DNA from: an uncultured virus (IMG/VR IMGVR_UViG_3300025085_000011)
Lineage: Duplodnaviria; Heunggongvirae; Uroviricota; Caudoviricetes
Length of the DNA stretch: 64,000 nt
Virus record (IMG/VR): IMGVR_UViG_3300025085_000011
Reading direction: 5' to 3' (one strand)
This document shows, piece after piece, positions 1 through 9,493 of the stretch. A program made the translations under genes and the position numbers. A model generated the notes under the pieces. The model was not told where the DNA came from. It saw only the letters and a program-made list of their open reading frames with translations, and ran no database searches. How positions within the stretch are numbered: position 1 is the stretch's first letter; each line of letters opens with the position of its first letter.

Positions 1-651
1 ACTGCTGGGTTCTCGATTGTTAGTTATACAGGTACAGGTTCAGCAGGAACTGTTGCGCATGGTTTGAATACTGCCCCCTCCTTATTACTTTGCAAAGGAC
101 GCCAAGAGACAGGAAGCAATGGCAATTGGTTAGTTTACCACTCTTCTCTAGGCAATACAAAGTATGTCATATTAAATACTACTGCTAGTGAAGCTGCTGA
201 TGTTGGCGCTTGGAACAACACGTCGCCAGACTCAAATACTTTTAGTATAGGAACGTTTACTGGTGCTAACTCAACTAGCGGAAACATTTGTTACGCCTTC
301 TCACCTGTCGAATCGTATAGCAGCTTTGGTAGTTATTTAGGCAACGGTTCTGCCGATGGTCCGTTTGTGTTTACCGGGTTCAAGGTTAAGTGGTTAATGA
401 TTAAATGTTCTAGCGCTAGCGGTGAAAATTGGATTATTTTAGATAGCGCAAGAAATACATATAACGAAGTGGTTGATTTCCTCGAAGCCGATACAAGCGA
501 TGCTGAATACTCCTCATCTAACTACGCTGATACAGACTTTTTGTCTAATGGTTTTAAGTTAAGAGCTACAAACAATGCTGTTAATGGTAGCAATACCTAT
601 GTGTATGCCGCCTTCGCTGAACATCCATTTAAAACGGCACGCGCCCGTTAA
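1..651 (+). CDS. Tail fibre protein, C-terminal part (5'-truncated by window)
   Basis: Frame is open from base 1 (TAGFSIVSYTGTGSAGTVAHGL...). It ends YAAFAEHPFKTARAR and parallels the C-terminus of 2512..6108. Confidence 0.85.
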   Translation, partial: TAGFSIVSYTGTGSAGTVAHGLNTAPSLLLCKGRQETGSNGNWLVYHSSLGNTKYVILNTTASEAADVGAWNNTSPDSNTFSIGTFTGANSTSGNICYAFSPVESYSSFGSYLGNGSADGPFVFTGFKVKWLMIKCSSASGENWIILDSARNTYNEVVDFLEADTSDAEYSSSNYADTDFLSNGFKLRATNNAVNGSNTYVYAAFAEHPFKTARAR

Positions 652-695
652 ACTCACTTTATCGATCAAGAGTCATGATCTACAAGCTCGGTGAC

Positions 696-727
696 CGCAC
701 CCTTTCCGTTCAGCGTGGGCTCAATAG
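696..727 (+). repeat. Degenerate copy of the tail fibre 3' end (27/32 nt match to 6077..6108)
   Basis: cgcaccctttccgttcagcgtgggctcaatag vs cgcatcctttccgttcagcgcgggctcgatga. Confidence 0.75.
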
Positions 728-793
728 CTGCGCCTAAAAATTTAAGACTAGCCTTAAAAGGCTTATACTTAAGCTACCGTACCTCTGACTGCT

Positions 794-1291
794 GTGTACA
801 TTCTCGACGGCAAACCACTATCCCTTGATGTACCGTTTAGTCACGGTGGCACTCTTTATCCTGCTAATTGGCTAAGACTTTCATCTCTGCAAGATCGAAA
901 CGCTATTGGTATTACGGAGCAAGCGGGACCCCAACCTTACGACCAAAGGTTCTACTGGGGATGGTCAGCTAGTGGAACTTTAATACCTAAAGATCACACA
1001 GGACTAGTCACCTTGTGGACAAGCAACACGAAGAACACTGCAAACACTCTGTTGGCACCTACAGACTGGATGCTTATTCGTGAATACGATAACGGAACAC
1101 CTGTAGAAAGTGGGGCACGAGCTTGGCGTCAAGATGTTCGACTTGCTTCTGAAAGTAAAGTTACCTCGTTAGGTCTTACGACAAGTACTTCGGGCTTAGC
1201 TGATTACGTAACTTATACGAGCCCCTCTGGCGGATCTCCTTCCGATTACAACTACTGGCCTAAGCAAAATAACGAGGATGCTTCGTTATGA
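794..1291 (+). CDS. Putative tail fibre assembly/chaperone-like protein
   Basis: Follows a fibre gene. YPANWLRLSS, YDQRFYWG and LLAPTDW motifs resemble cyanophage fibre-associated proteins. Confidence 0.55.
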   Translation: MYILDGKPLSLDVPFSHGGTLYPANWLRLSSLQDRNAIGITEQAGPQPYDQRFYWGWSASGTLIPKDHTGLVTLWTSNTKNTANTLLAPTDWMLIREYDNGTPVESGARAWRQDVRLASESKVTSLGLTTSTSGLADYVTYTSPSGGSPSDYNYWPKQNNEDASL

Positions 1292-1788
1292 CAAATAGAG
1301 CTATTTTTAATCGCAGGTTTACTTCATTTACCGCTGACGGTACTCAAGTTTGGCTTGTAAACGGTTCTTCAGTAACGACTTCTCCAGTAACGACTGTAGA
1401 TTTTATTGCTGGTCAGAACCTTATTCAAGGAGAAACTGTTTTTGTCAGCGGCACTGTCGTTTTAGCTGCAACAGCTGCTAGTGGAATTGATCCTACAAAC
1501 TACAACGCGATAGGTATTACTTCTGAAGCTGCTTCAGTCTCAGATTCTGTAAGAGTTATTTTGGATGATGTTGCTGTTCTTTCTTCAGCAAATTTAATTA
1601 ATGAGACGGCTTTGACTCCAGGTCAGTACTACTACGTTTCAAATGAAGCGGGTAAGTTGACGGCTGCAGCTGCTCCCTCCGGTATTACTCTTACTGATGG
1701 ATACGCTGCTTTAGCTCCCGTAGGGATAGCTCTTACTTCGTCTGAATTAAGCGTTGAAATTGCACCTGTTACTGTCTTAACTGAATAG
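1288..1788 (+). CDS. Hypothetical virion/tail protein
   Basis: 166 aa, Ala/Val/Thr-rich, LTPGQYYYVS motif, ATGA overlap with the upstream gene. Confidence 0.55.
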   Translation: MTNRAIFNRRFTSFTADGTQVWLVNGSSVTTSPVTTVDFIAGQNLIQGETVFVSGTVVLAATAASGIDPTNYNAIGITSEAASVSDSVRVILDDVAVLSSANLINETALTPGQYYYVSNEAGKLTAAAAPSGITLTDGYAALAPVGIALTSSELSVEIAPVTVLTE

Positions 1789-1818
1789 GGCTATACTTAA
1801 CTTAAGGGAGATTTTTAA

Positions 1819-2490
1819 ATGGCTGCACGTCGCCCACTTGTTGTTGTTAGCGGACTTTTTTCTGAACTACCTCAAGGTGATTCGATTGTAGGTTCGTCAG
1901 CTGGAAGCTTAGTTGCTGGTAGTGGCCTAGATGGCGGTGGGTCATTAGATGGCTCTACTAGACGTTTTGATGTTGAACTTGCTGCTGCTCCAAGCGGATT
2001 AATTTTTGTAGGTACAGGAGATAGTGCAAAACTAGGTCTTGACGGAGCAGCTTCAGCAGGGGCAACTCAAGCGTTAGCTTCTGGTAATGCTGCTCTTACT
2101 GACTTAAGCTCAAAAGTATCTAAAGGCGGTGATGTTGTTAGTGGAACTCTAGTAGTTGAGTCGCAGTCTTATGGAACTATCAGTACCTTTACAGGATCTG
2201 GTGTTATAACTTTAGATTTTGGAGCTAGTAATAACCATGTAGTTACTCTTCAAGGTAACTCAACTTTAGGAGCACCTACATCTCCAAGTGGAGGTCAAGC
2301 AGGTGCGGTGACTATCAATCAAGACGGGACAGGCTCACGTACTCTCGCTTACTCAGGTGGGTGGTCTTTTGCGGGAGGAACAGCACCGACGCTAACAACT
2401 ACGGCAAGCGGTTCTGATCTTTTAATTTATTACTGTTCTAGTTCTTCAGTTATTACTGCATCCACAATTTTGGATGTACAAAGCGCTTAA
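1819..2490 (+). CDS. Putative tail fibre-associated structural protein
   Basis: Gly/Ser/Thr-rich. C-terminal QDGTGSRTL...GGTAPTLTT motif is common beside tail fibres. Confidence 0.6.
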   Translation: MAARRPLVVVSGLFSELPQGDSIVGSSAGSLVAGSGLDGGGSLDGSTRRFDVELAAAPSGLIFVGTGDSAKLGLDGAASAGATQALASGNAALTDLSSKVSKGGDVVSGTLVVESQSYGTISTFTGSGVITLDFGASNNHVVTLQGNSTLGAPTSPSGGQAGAVTINQDGTGSRTLAYSGGWSFAGGTAPTLTTTASGSDLLIYYCSSSSVITASTILDVQSA

Positions 2491-2511
2491 TAATTAAAAC
2501 AGGAGAGTCAC

Positions 2512-5500
2512 ATGTCAGTACCAGGATCTATCAATCAACTATTAATAGGAGCTGCTGGAGCTGGTGACGGCAACGAAAAAAAGCGTTCCTTAAGGTTTGC
2601 TAGAGGCGACAGCCCTTATTTAAGTCGCCAAGCATCAGATAGCGGCTCTAATGTTTACAAGTGTACCCTTTCTTGGTGGATGAAAGTTGGTGAGCTGGGA
2701 ACCGATAGAACAATTTTAAGCTTTGGGACAAATAATGCTATTGATGGATGGTTTAAAGTTAATCTAGAGTCTTCATCTCATAGCGATAAAATTCGTTTAT
2801 TCGGCGACACTACAGGAGGATATTTATCAGCTAGAACATCACGGCTTTTCAGAGATCCCAGCGCATTTTATCATTGCGTTATTAGTATAGATACGACACA
2901 GAGTGCATTTTCCGATCAAATAAAATGGTATGTTAATGGCGAACTTCTTTCACAGTTTGATCAAAACAATCCTTTTCCTCAAAATACTCCATTACTGATA
3001 GGTGAATCTACAATTCATCATGTAGGCGCTGAGCCTAACTCTGTAGGCGACGTACGTAATTATTTTGATGGTTACTTGGCTGACGTGCATGTAATTGAAG
3101 GTCAAGCCCTAGCTGCAACTGATTTTGGAGAATTTGATTCAAATTCTGTATGGCAACCAAAGGCTTTTGAAGGGACATATGGTACTAATGGTTTCAAACT
3201 TAATTTCTCGGATATAAGTTCTGACTCGGCGCTAGGGACTGACAGTAGTGGTAATCAGAATAATTTTACAGTTAATAACTTAACGGCTGGAACGGAGCAA
3301 ACACTTCCTGGCGTTAATTTTGATGGTACGAGTAACGCTGCTTATTTAACTATTCCTGATAGTTCAGATTTTACGTTAGGTAGCAACGATTTTACTGTTG
3401 AGGCTTACGTTTATAAAAGAGACACAAGTGAGCAATTTATTGCAGGTTCTGCTGATTCCAGCGGCTCTACAAGCTCTACTTCTTTTGCCTTACAAGTTGG
3501 GGGAGGGTCGCCGTCTTCTAGTATTAGAGCTTATGTTGGAACCACAGGAACGTCTGTGGATTCGGGCGAAAACATAACGCTTAACAAGTGGGTTCACGTT
3601 GCTTTTGTTAGAGACGGAAATACTTTAAGGCTTTACGTTGACGGAGTACAAAAGAACTCAACTTCGTTTACCGGTTCAGTCAACGATTCGTCTGATCTTT
3701 TTGGAATTTCTTCGTTAGGTGGTTTTACCAACGGTAAAAATTGGAATGGGGTTATTTCTAATTTACGTTTAGTCAACGGAACTTGCCTATACCCAAGTGG
3801 CACAACGTTTGCGTTACCGTCCACTCCACTAACCAACGTTACAAACACAAAGCTGCTTTGTTGCCAGTCATCTAGCAGCGCAACTGCAACCACTGTTTCC
3901 CCCGGTTCAATTACTGTTGGCAACGCTTCTAACGTAGCTGCTGTCGAGTTAAATGATTCAAGCTCTGCCGATGACGCCCTCCGTGACTCCCCAGCACAAA
4001 TAGCAGAGCAGATAGATACTGGTGTTGGCGGTGAGGTTGTGGGGAACTATGCGACCTGGAACCCTTTATTTGGCGAAAATCAGTCTTTATCTAACGGCAA
4101 TCTAAAGGCCGCAAGCAGTACAACGGCCTACTCAATTATTGCGTCAACTTTAGCGATGAAAAGCGGCAAGTGGTATATGGAATATACCTATACGCCCAAC
4201 AATGGTCAGCCGTACATCACTTGGGGGATTAGTCAAACTAACAGAGATGGATCACAGGGCAGCGGTGTAACTGATACTCCTGAAGACAAAGGATTCAAAG
4301 CCTGGGATTCTGGGTTTTACTCACAAAGCGATGGCTCAAATATTTATGACTACAGTTCCTCGGTATCTTCTGGTGATATTATTTCTTTAGCATTTGATGC
4401 TGACGCTGGCAAGCTTTGGGTTGCCAAAAACGGAACATACATGACAAACGCCAGTGGTGCTGGCAACCCTACCGCCGGTACTAATCCTGATTATTCAGGT
4501 TTAGATTATTCAGGCGGTTATTACTTTATGGCCGGTCCATATTACACAAACGGATCAACACTTGAGGCAAACTTTGGCCAACGTAGTTGGGCCTTTGCTG
4601 CACCTACTAATTTTAAAGCGTTATGCACCGCAAACCTACCTGAACCAACGATTGCAGATGGTAGTAAGCATGTTATTGCAAAGTTATTTACGGGCAACGC
4701 TAGTACGCAAAGCATTACTGGTTTGAATTTTAGCCCTTCATTCGTTTGGACAAAATCAAGGAGCCTAAGTTATTCTCATAGACTTTATGACACTGTTAGA
4801 GGTACAAACAATTGGTTGGCTTCTAACTTGACTGACGAAGCAACAGCTGAATCAGAAACACTGACATCTTTTGATGCAAATGGGTTTACTTTAGGTCAAT
4901 ACGACAATGGTAACTATTCCAATGGCGATACGGCAGTAGCCTGGACGTGGAACGGAGGGACTTCCAACACAACAGTTGCTGTTGGCGACTTAAATACCTC
5001 CGTGTATTACATGAGTGAAGTATGGAGCGAAGATCTTTATACCGCTGATGCACCTGCTGACGCACCAACAGTTACAACAAAAAGTTTTCTTTCAGGTTAT
5101 CCAGCGACACTACCCTTTAACGGTGATACCAGCAGAGGATCAAACGAAACATATGCAGCAGATTCTCTAAAAACAATTGTTTTTAGACCTGATACCGCAT
5201 TAACTGACGTAACTAAACTTGAAATTTATACCAACGGTACTTATACAACAGACGCTGGATATAACAGCGCCACGTCTGTAATTACTGGTAATACGGCTAC
5301 TGGTTGGCAAACTCTTTACGAAGGCACTGCTATTACTCTTAATTATGTTTGGGCTTATAAAAATAATGGCCAGGGTGCTTTCAGTGGATTAAAAATTAAC
5401 GGACGTATGCTCACTGACTCTGATGCCACACCGCCAATAAGTTACCCATCCATCGCATCAACAGTACGTGCCAATCCAAGTGCTGGGTTCTCGATTGTTA

Positions 5501-6108
5501 AGTGGACAGGTACTGGGTCAGCAGCAACCGTTGCGCATGGTATTGCTGCACCTAAATTTATTATTACGAAGTCACTAGCTAATACAACAAACTGGGTAGT
5601 AGGTCACGAAGGTATTACATGGAATAATTTTATGTTTTTAGATACGGCTGATGCACAAGGAGCTAGTGCTGCTGTATGGAATAACACAGCTCCTGATTCC
5701 AATGTATTTTCAGTAGCATCGAGTTCTTATATTAATCCAGCTGGTAGCGATGTAATCGGATACTGCTTCTGCCCCGTGGAAGGATATAGCGTTTTTGGTA
5801 GTTATGAAGGGAACGGTTTGGCAGATGGTCCGTTTATTTATACTGGCTTTAAAATAGAATTTTTAATTATTAAATCTGCAGATACAGCTCAATATTGGTA
5901 TCTGGCCGACAGTGCTAGATCTCCATTCAATGATGGTCTTACTGAAGGTTTATGGGCTAATACGGCTGATTCTGAATTTTCATACGATGTAGATTTTCTT
6001 TCTAATGGGTTTAAACACTATAATCAAAGTGCAAATTTAAACACAACGGATACATTTATATATGCCGCTTTTGCTTCGCATCCTTTCCGTTCAGCGCGGG
6101 CTCGATGA
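2512..6108 (+). CDS. Large tail fibre / receptor-binding protein with LamG (ConA-like) and SPRY-like domains
   Basis: 1198 aa. LamG-like DFTVEAYVY...KWVHVAFVR...LYVDG, SPRY-like SGKWYMEY...FDADAGKLW...ANFGQ, ends HPFRSARAR. Confidence 0.85.
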   Translation: MSVPGSINQLLIGAAGAGDGNEKKRSLRFARGDSPYLSRQASDSGSNVYKCTLSWWMKVGELGTDRTILSFGTNNAIDGWFKVNLESSSHSDKIRLFGDTTGGYLSARTSRLFRDPSAFYHCVISIDTTQSAFSDQIKWYVNGELLSQFDQNNPFPQNTPLLIGESTIHHVGAEPNSVGDVRNYFDGYLADVHVIEGQALAATDFGEFDSNSVWQPKAFEGTYGTNGFKLNFSDISSDSALGTDSSGNQNNFTVNNLTAGTEQTLPGVNFDGTSNAAYLTIPDSSDFTLGSNDFTVEAYVYKRDTSEQFIAGSADSSGSTSSTSFALQVGGGSPSSSIRAYVGTTGTSVDSGENITLNKWVHVAFVRDGNTLRLYVDGVQKNSTSFTGSVNDSSDLFGISSLGGFTNGKNWNGVISNLRLVNGTCLYPSGTTFALPSTPLTNVTNTKLLCCQSSSSATATTVSPGSITVGNASNVAAVELNDSSSADDALRDSPAQIAEQIDTGVGGEVVGNYATWNPLFGENQSLSNGNLKAASSTTAYSIIASTLAMKSGKWYMEYTYTPNNGQPYITWGISQTNRDGSQGSGVTDTPEDKGFKAWDSGFYSQSDGSNIYDYSSSVSSGDIISLAFDADAGKLWVAKNGTYMTNASGAGNPTAGTNPDYSGLDYSGGYYFMAGPYYTNGSTLEANFGQRSWAFAAPTNFKALCTANLPEPTIADGSKHVIAKLFTGNASTQSITGLNFSPSFVWTKSRSLSYSHRLYDTVRGTNNWLASNLTDEATAESETLTSFDANGFTLGQYDNGNYSNGDTAVAWTWNGGTSNTTVAVGDLNTSVYYMSEVWSEDLYTADAPADAPTVTTKSFLSGYPATLPFNGDTSRGSNETYAADSLKTIVFRPDTALTDVTKLEIYTNGTYTTDAGYNSATSVITGNTATGWQTLYEGTAITLNYVWAYKNNGQGAFSGLKINGRMLTDSDATPPISYPSIASTVRANPSAGFSIVKWTGTGSAATVAHGIAAPKFIITKSLANTTNWVVGHEGITWNNFMFLDTADAQGASAAVWNNTAPDSNVFSVASSSYINPAGSDVIGYCFCPVEGYSVFGSYEGNGLADGPFIYTGFKIEFLIIKSADTAQYWYLADSARSPFNDGLTEGLWANTADSEFSYDVDFLSNGFKHYNQSANLNTTDTFIYAAFASHPFRSARAR

Positions 6109-6142
6109 TTACCTGTAAAATATAAATAGGCGAGCATTTTAT

Positions 6143-6523
6143 GTGAGCGAAAACGAGCTGGTTTTTAACCTAAGTTGTCTTCAAAAAAAATCTGCTCGAA
6201 AAAAATTTAGACGAAATATCCTTGACGCTTGGCCTGAATGTGCTTATTGCGGGTCTAGTGACCCTATGACCTTAGATCACGTGATTGCTCGCTCACGTGG
6301 AGGAAAACACACTCAAAACAACTTGATCGGAGCGTGTGCAGACTGTAACTTTTTAAAAACTGACTTACCTTGGTTTGAGTGGTATCGGGCGCAAGAGTTT
6401 TGGACTCCAGAAAGAGAGCAGAAAATTTTAAATTGGGTTAACGAACCAGCGCATCAACCTTATACACCTTCTTATTACAGCTGGTTAGGCGAAGGACAAT
6501 CTTTTAGGTTAAATACCGCTTAG
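6143..6523 (+). CDS. HNH endonuclease
   Basis: CAYCG...TLDHVIARSRGG...NLIGACADCN. Confidence 0.85.
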   Translation: MSENELVFNLSCLQKKSARKKFRRNILDAWPECAYCGSSDPMTLDHVIARSRGGKHTQNNLIGACADCNFLKTDLPWFEWYRAQEFWTPEREQKILNWVNEPAHQPYTPSYYSWLGEGQSFRLNTA

Positions 6524-6524
6524 G

Positions 6525-6701
6525 TCAGCGTTGCTTTACGTTTGGGTGAATGATACCAGCGAGTTTCTCTACAATTTTGTAGACCTTGCCATAAATTTCG
6601 TTATCCTTTGGAGTCGGCGTGGCATTAACAACCGCTAGTGCGAGTATGTGTAGTGCTCCAAGCACAGCAACGATTTCGGACCAGTTGTCAGTGAACGACA
6701 T
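6525..6701 (-). CDS. Small membrane protein, holin candidate (58 aa, not in ORF track)
   Basis: MSFTDNWSEIVAVLGALHILALAVVNATPTPKDNEIYGKVYKIVEKLAGIIHPNVKQR: one TM helix followed by TPTPKD. Confidence 0.55.
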   Translation of the reverse strand: MSFTDNWSEIVAVLGALHILALAVVNATPTPKDNEIYGKVYKIVEKLAGIIHPNVKQR

Positions 6702-6745
6702 TTGATTGTAAATAAGATAAAATTAGTCTAGCTCGAAAGTTTCAG

Positions 6746-7006
6746 ATGCCGGATATTTTAGACGACGCGGTTAAGTCAATTATGAAAAAAGATCCTGGTA
6801 TGTCGAAAGACTCTGCTTATGGTATTGCAGTTTCTACTCTTCAAAAGTCTGGAGATCTTAAGAAGGGGACGTATGAGTCCACAGAGAAAGGCAAGCGTCG
6901 AGCTGAGATGAGTAAGGCTACTCGTGCCAAAACACGTGCAAAAAAATACAAAACAGAACGTAGAATGAATCGTAAAGAAGAAAGAAACACTTCAGGTGGG
7001 AACTAA
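6746..7006 (+). CDS. Small basic hypothetical protein
   Basis: 86 aa, Lys/Arg-rich. Confidence 0.65.
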   Translation: MPDILDDAVKSIMKKDPGMSKDSAYGIAVSTLQKSGDLKKGTYESTEKGKRRAEMSKATRAKTRAKKYKTERRMNRKEERNTSGGN

Positions 7007-7227
7007 TGGCTGAAACAGCTAAAAAAAGAGACCCCGCAAAGTGGGCAAGAGCTAAAGCTAAGGCACGTAAAAAAATGGGAGGGCACAGTGCTCGTGCAAT
7101 GCAGTTAGCTACAAAATATTACAAGGATGCGGGGGGTACGTATTCAGGTAAAAAATCCTCAAAAAATAAATTGTCTAAGTGGTCAAAAGAAGACTGGCAG
7201 ACAAAGGAGGAATATGAAAAGAAATAA
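7006..7227 (+). CDS. N-terminal half of a DUF5872-like basic protein
   Basis: HSARAMQLATKYYKDAGGTY...LSKWSKEDWQTK. Confidence 0.65.
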   Translation: MAETAKKRDPAKWARAKAKARKKMGGHSARAMQLATKYYKDAGGTYSGKKSSKNKLSKWSKEDWQTKEEYEKK

Positions 7228-7681
7228 AAGTGAGCTTCTGCTTGAGAAAAAAATTACAGAGGTGAATAGTAAGTGCCCTCTGGCGACTGTTGATATTGAA
7301 GAAAATATTAAAAATAGAGATTGGACTATAGAAAACTACGGGTATGGTCCTTTAAATCCTGCTGTCCCAGATCCTGGTTTTTGGGAAGAAAAAGCAGAGC
7401 TTTGGAACACGAATTTGGAAACAGTAAAAACAGCTAGGTGCGGTAACTGCGCCGCGTTTGATCAATCTGATGTAATCCTCGGTTGTATTGAGAAAGGGAT
7501 TAATGAGACAAACGTTGCTGACCCTAGAGAGGTTATGGAGCTTTCCAATTTAGGTTACTGTCAGTTATTTAAATTCAAGTGTGCAGGAGCTAGAACCTGC
7601 GACGCATGGCTTTTTGGGGGTCCAATTCGTGCCCAACAAAAAGAAGTAACACCTGAAACTGGTGGTGGTTATGGCCGATAA
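7214..7681 (+). CDS. Cys-rich hypothetical phage protein
   Basis: AGGAGG precedes ATG 7214. Motifs YGPLNP, RCGNC and GYC...FKCAGARTCDAW. Confidence 0.7.
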   Translation: MKRNKSELLLEKKITEVNSKCPLATVDIEENIKNRDWTIENYGYGPLNPAVPDPGFWEEKAELWNTNLETVKTARCGNCAAFDQSDVILGCIEKGINETNVADPREVMELSNLGYCQLFKFKCAGARTCDAWLFGGPIRAQQKEVTPETGGGYGR

Positions 7682-7886
7682 AGCAAGAGAAAAAGGTCGC
7701 ACAGAGCGTTACCTACCAAAATCAGCGTGGGCTTCTATGTCCAAGGAAGAACGTCGTGCTACGGATGAAAAGAAAAAACGAGCTACTAGAGGTAAGCCTG
7801 TGAATACTCATGTGTCTAATACTGAAACCGCAAAGCGAGCTTCTAAAAAAGCTAGATCTTACAAAAAATCTAAGGAGTCCTCATGA
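7671..7886 (+). CDS. C-terminal half of a DUF5872-like basic protein
   Basis: ERYLPKSAWASMSKEERRATDEKKK...VSNT. Confidence 0.65.
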   Translation: MADKAREKGRTERYLPKSAWASMSKEERRATDEKKKRATRGKPVNTHVSNTETAKRASKKARSYKKSKESS

Positions 7887-8014
7887 GTTCACAAAACTGC
7901 TGGCCTGGTTACGAAAAGCAAGGAATGAAACGAGGTAAATCTGGCAAAATGGTGAATAACTGTGTAAAAACTTCAGCTAAAAAGAAAGCACAAGCGTATA
8001 AAAAAACTAAGTAA
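7883..8014 (+). CDS. Small basic protein with CWPGY...VNNCVK motif (43 aa, not in ORF track)
   Basis: MSSQNCWPGYEKQGMKRGKSGKMVNNCVKTSAKKKAQAYKKTK, AGGAG RBS, ATGA overlap. Confidence 0.65.
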   Translation: MSSQNCWPGYEKQGMKRGKSGKMVNNCVKTSAKKKAQAYKKTK

Positions 8015-8016
8015 AT

Positions 8017-8364
8017 CTAAGGTTGTTTAGGAGGCTTGTTGAAAGATTCGTGTTTACCTTCCCACCAAGAGCTTTTAATTCTCATAGGACCACCTAGTAA
8101 TTTTTGTGCTTCTGAGCCGTCAGGTTTTTCTTCTAAAAATATAGGTTTATTTCTTTCTCTATCTTCTGCTTCCCATAAAGCTCTTATAGTTTCTACGTCC
8201 TCATCTACTTCTTTTAAAACTATTTCTGTTCTAAACTCAACCCAATCAGGTTTGCAGTTTTCTAAAATTTTAGCGATTAAAGGTTGAAATTTTATTTTTG
8301 GAGAAAAACGTGACCAAAACATTATTAGCTCATAAACTAACGCGTTGATCTTGTTGTACTTCAT
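8017..8364 (-). CDS. Hypothetical protein
   Basis: 115 aa ORF filling the gap. Confidence 0.6.
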   Translation of the reverse strand: MKYNKINALVYELIMFWSRFSPKIKFQPLIAKILENCKPDWVEFRTEIVLKEVDEDVETIRALWEAEDRERNKPIFLEEKPDGSEAQKLLGGPMRIKSSWWEGKHESFNKPPKQP

Positions 8365-8392
8365 TGTGTAAGGTCAGAGTTATCTGTCATCA

Positions 8393-8878
8393 TTATCCCC
8401 AATAGAGATTACCGCTGCCGTCGTTACGCAGAGCTTGACCAGCAGTTCCTTGACTTTGAGGTAGAACCCAAGTCCATGTGGCAGAAGCACTATGCGGAGG
8501 CGCTTTTAAAGTAACACCATGTGTGTTGACTTCGCAGTTAAGTACGATAGCTGCATCCTTACCTGTAGTACCGTAAAAAGTATATAATCCACTAGCTGTG
8601 TTTTTTAGATTGATACCACCTTGGTATTCAAGTGTTCCATTAAAAGTCGAACCGCTTGCAGAAACTCCTGCTGCCGAAATAATATTATCTTGAATAGCAG
8701 AGTGCATAACCCCGCTGATAGTTAGTTGTTTTGGTTGAGCTTCTGCCTGTATTTCTGTTACATCTACTAAAGGTAAAATTGCGTTAGTGTTTATATACGT
8801 GTACTTTTGCAGTTGATGGGTTTTTACTATTTCTCGGCCCCAAGTCCTAGCTGTATCTAAATCTCTTTTACCGGACAT
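8393..8878 (-). CDS. Short tail-fibre-like protein
   Basis: C-terminal LPQSQGTAGQALRNDGSGNLYW resembles a phage fibre repeat. Confidence 0.55.
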   Translation of the reverse strand: MSGKRDLDTARTWGREIVKTHQLQKYTYINTNAILPLVDVTEIQAEAQPKQLTISGVMHSAIQDNIISAAGVSASGSTFNGTLEYQGGINLKNTASGLYTFYGTTGKDAAIVLNCEVNTHGVTLKAPPHSASATWTWVLPQSQGTAGQALRNDGSGNLYWG

Positions 8879-8953
8879 GTTTAGGTAAACAAGGTAGACC
8901 TCTGTATATTAATCTACTTACGCTATTATTAAGGGATAGTTCTAAGAATTGTC

Positions 8954-9349
8954 GTGGCACAAACTACTTTTAATAGAGAGCTTGGAGCTGCTCCAGCTGG
9001 TATTACTAGGTTTGGACAGATCCGTACAGAAGACGGATCCAATGTTACGGTAAATTCTTACCGCACTTTTGCTGGAGACGGAAGTTTTCCACTTTCTGAT
9101 GTTTATAAGATTACTTACGGTTCCACAGGGCTTGTAACTTATAACTTAGATGCCGAAGCTTTTGCTGTTAGTGGTATTACCGTTATCGGAGCGGATGGAA
9201 CCGAAAAAGCTGCCCTTACAAACCCTAAGAAAACCAGACGTTTAGCAACAGAAGTTCAATTTTCTGTTTCTTCCGGCGAAGAAGGAACTTTGTACGTTAA
9301 CCGTAAAGGTCGTTCTGAAGCAGAATACAGAGTTACAATCACAATTTAA
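8954..9349 (+). CDS. Hypothetical, probably virion protein
   Basis: 131 aa, beta-rich composition. Confidence 0.55.
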   Translation: MAQTTFNRELGAAPAGITRFGQIRTEDGSNVTVNSYRTFAGDGSFPLSDVYKITYGSTGLVTYNLDAEAFAVSGITVIGADGTEKAALTNPKKTRRLATEVQFSVSSGEEGTLYVNRKGRSEAEYRVTITI

Positions 9350-9493
9350 GTTTAATTAAGCCACGGCGAACAAAGATGTGAGTTGCTTTCCTGAGAAGTT
9401 CAGGAGAGCTGTAGTCACGCAGTTAAATGCAGGTTTTTTGCCTTGTTTTTCCAAGTTTTTTGGGTAAGAATGAGTCAAAATTAAGGGTTACAA

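Noticed and set aside
1..6108. Diversity-generating retroelement on the fibre repeats
   Set aside because: No reverse transcriptase in the window, and mismatches are not adenine-specific.
7127..7213. Upstream start for 7127..7681
   Set aside because: Lies inside 7006..7227. AGGAGG supports ATG 7214.
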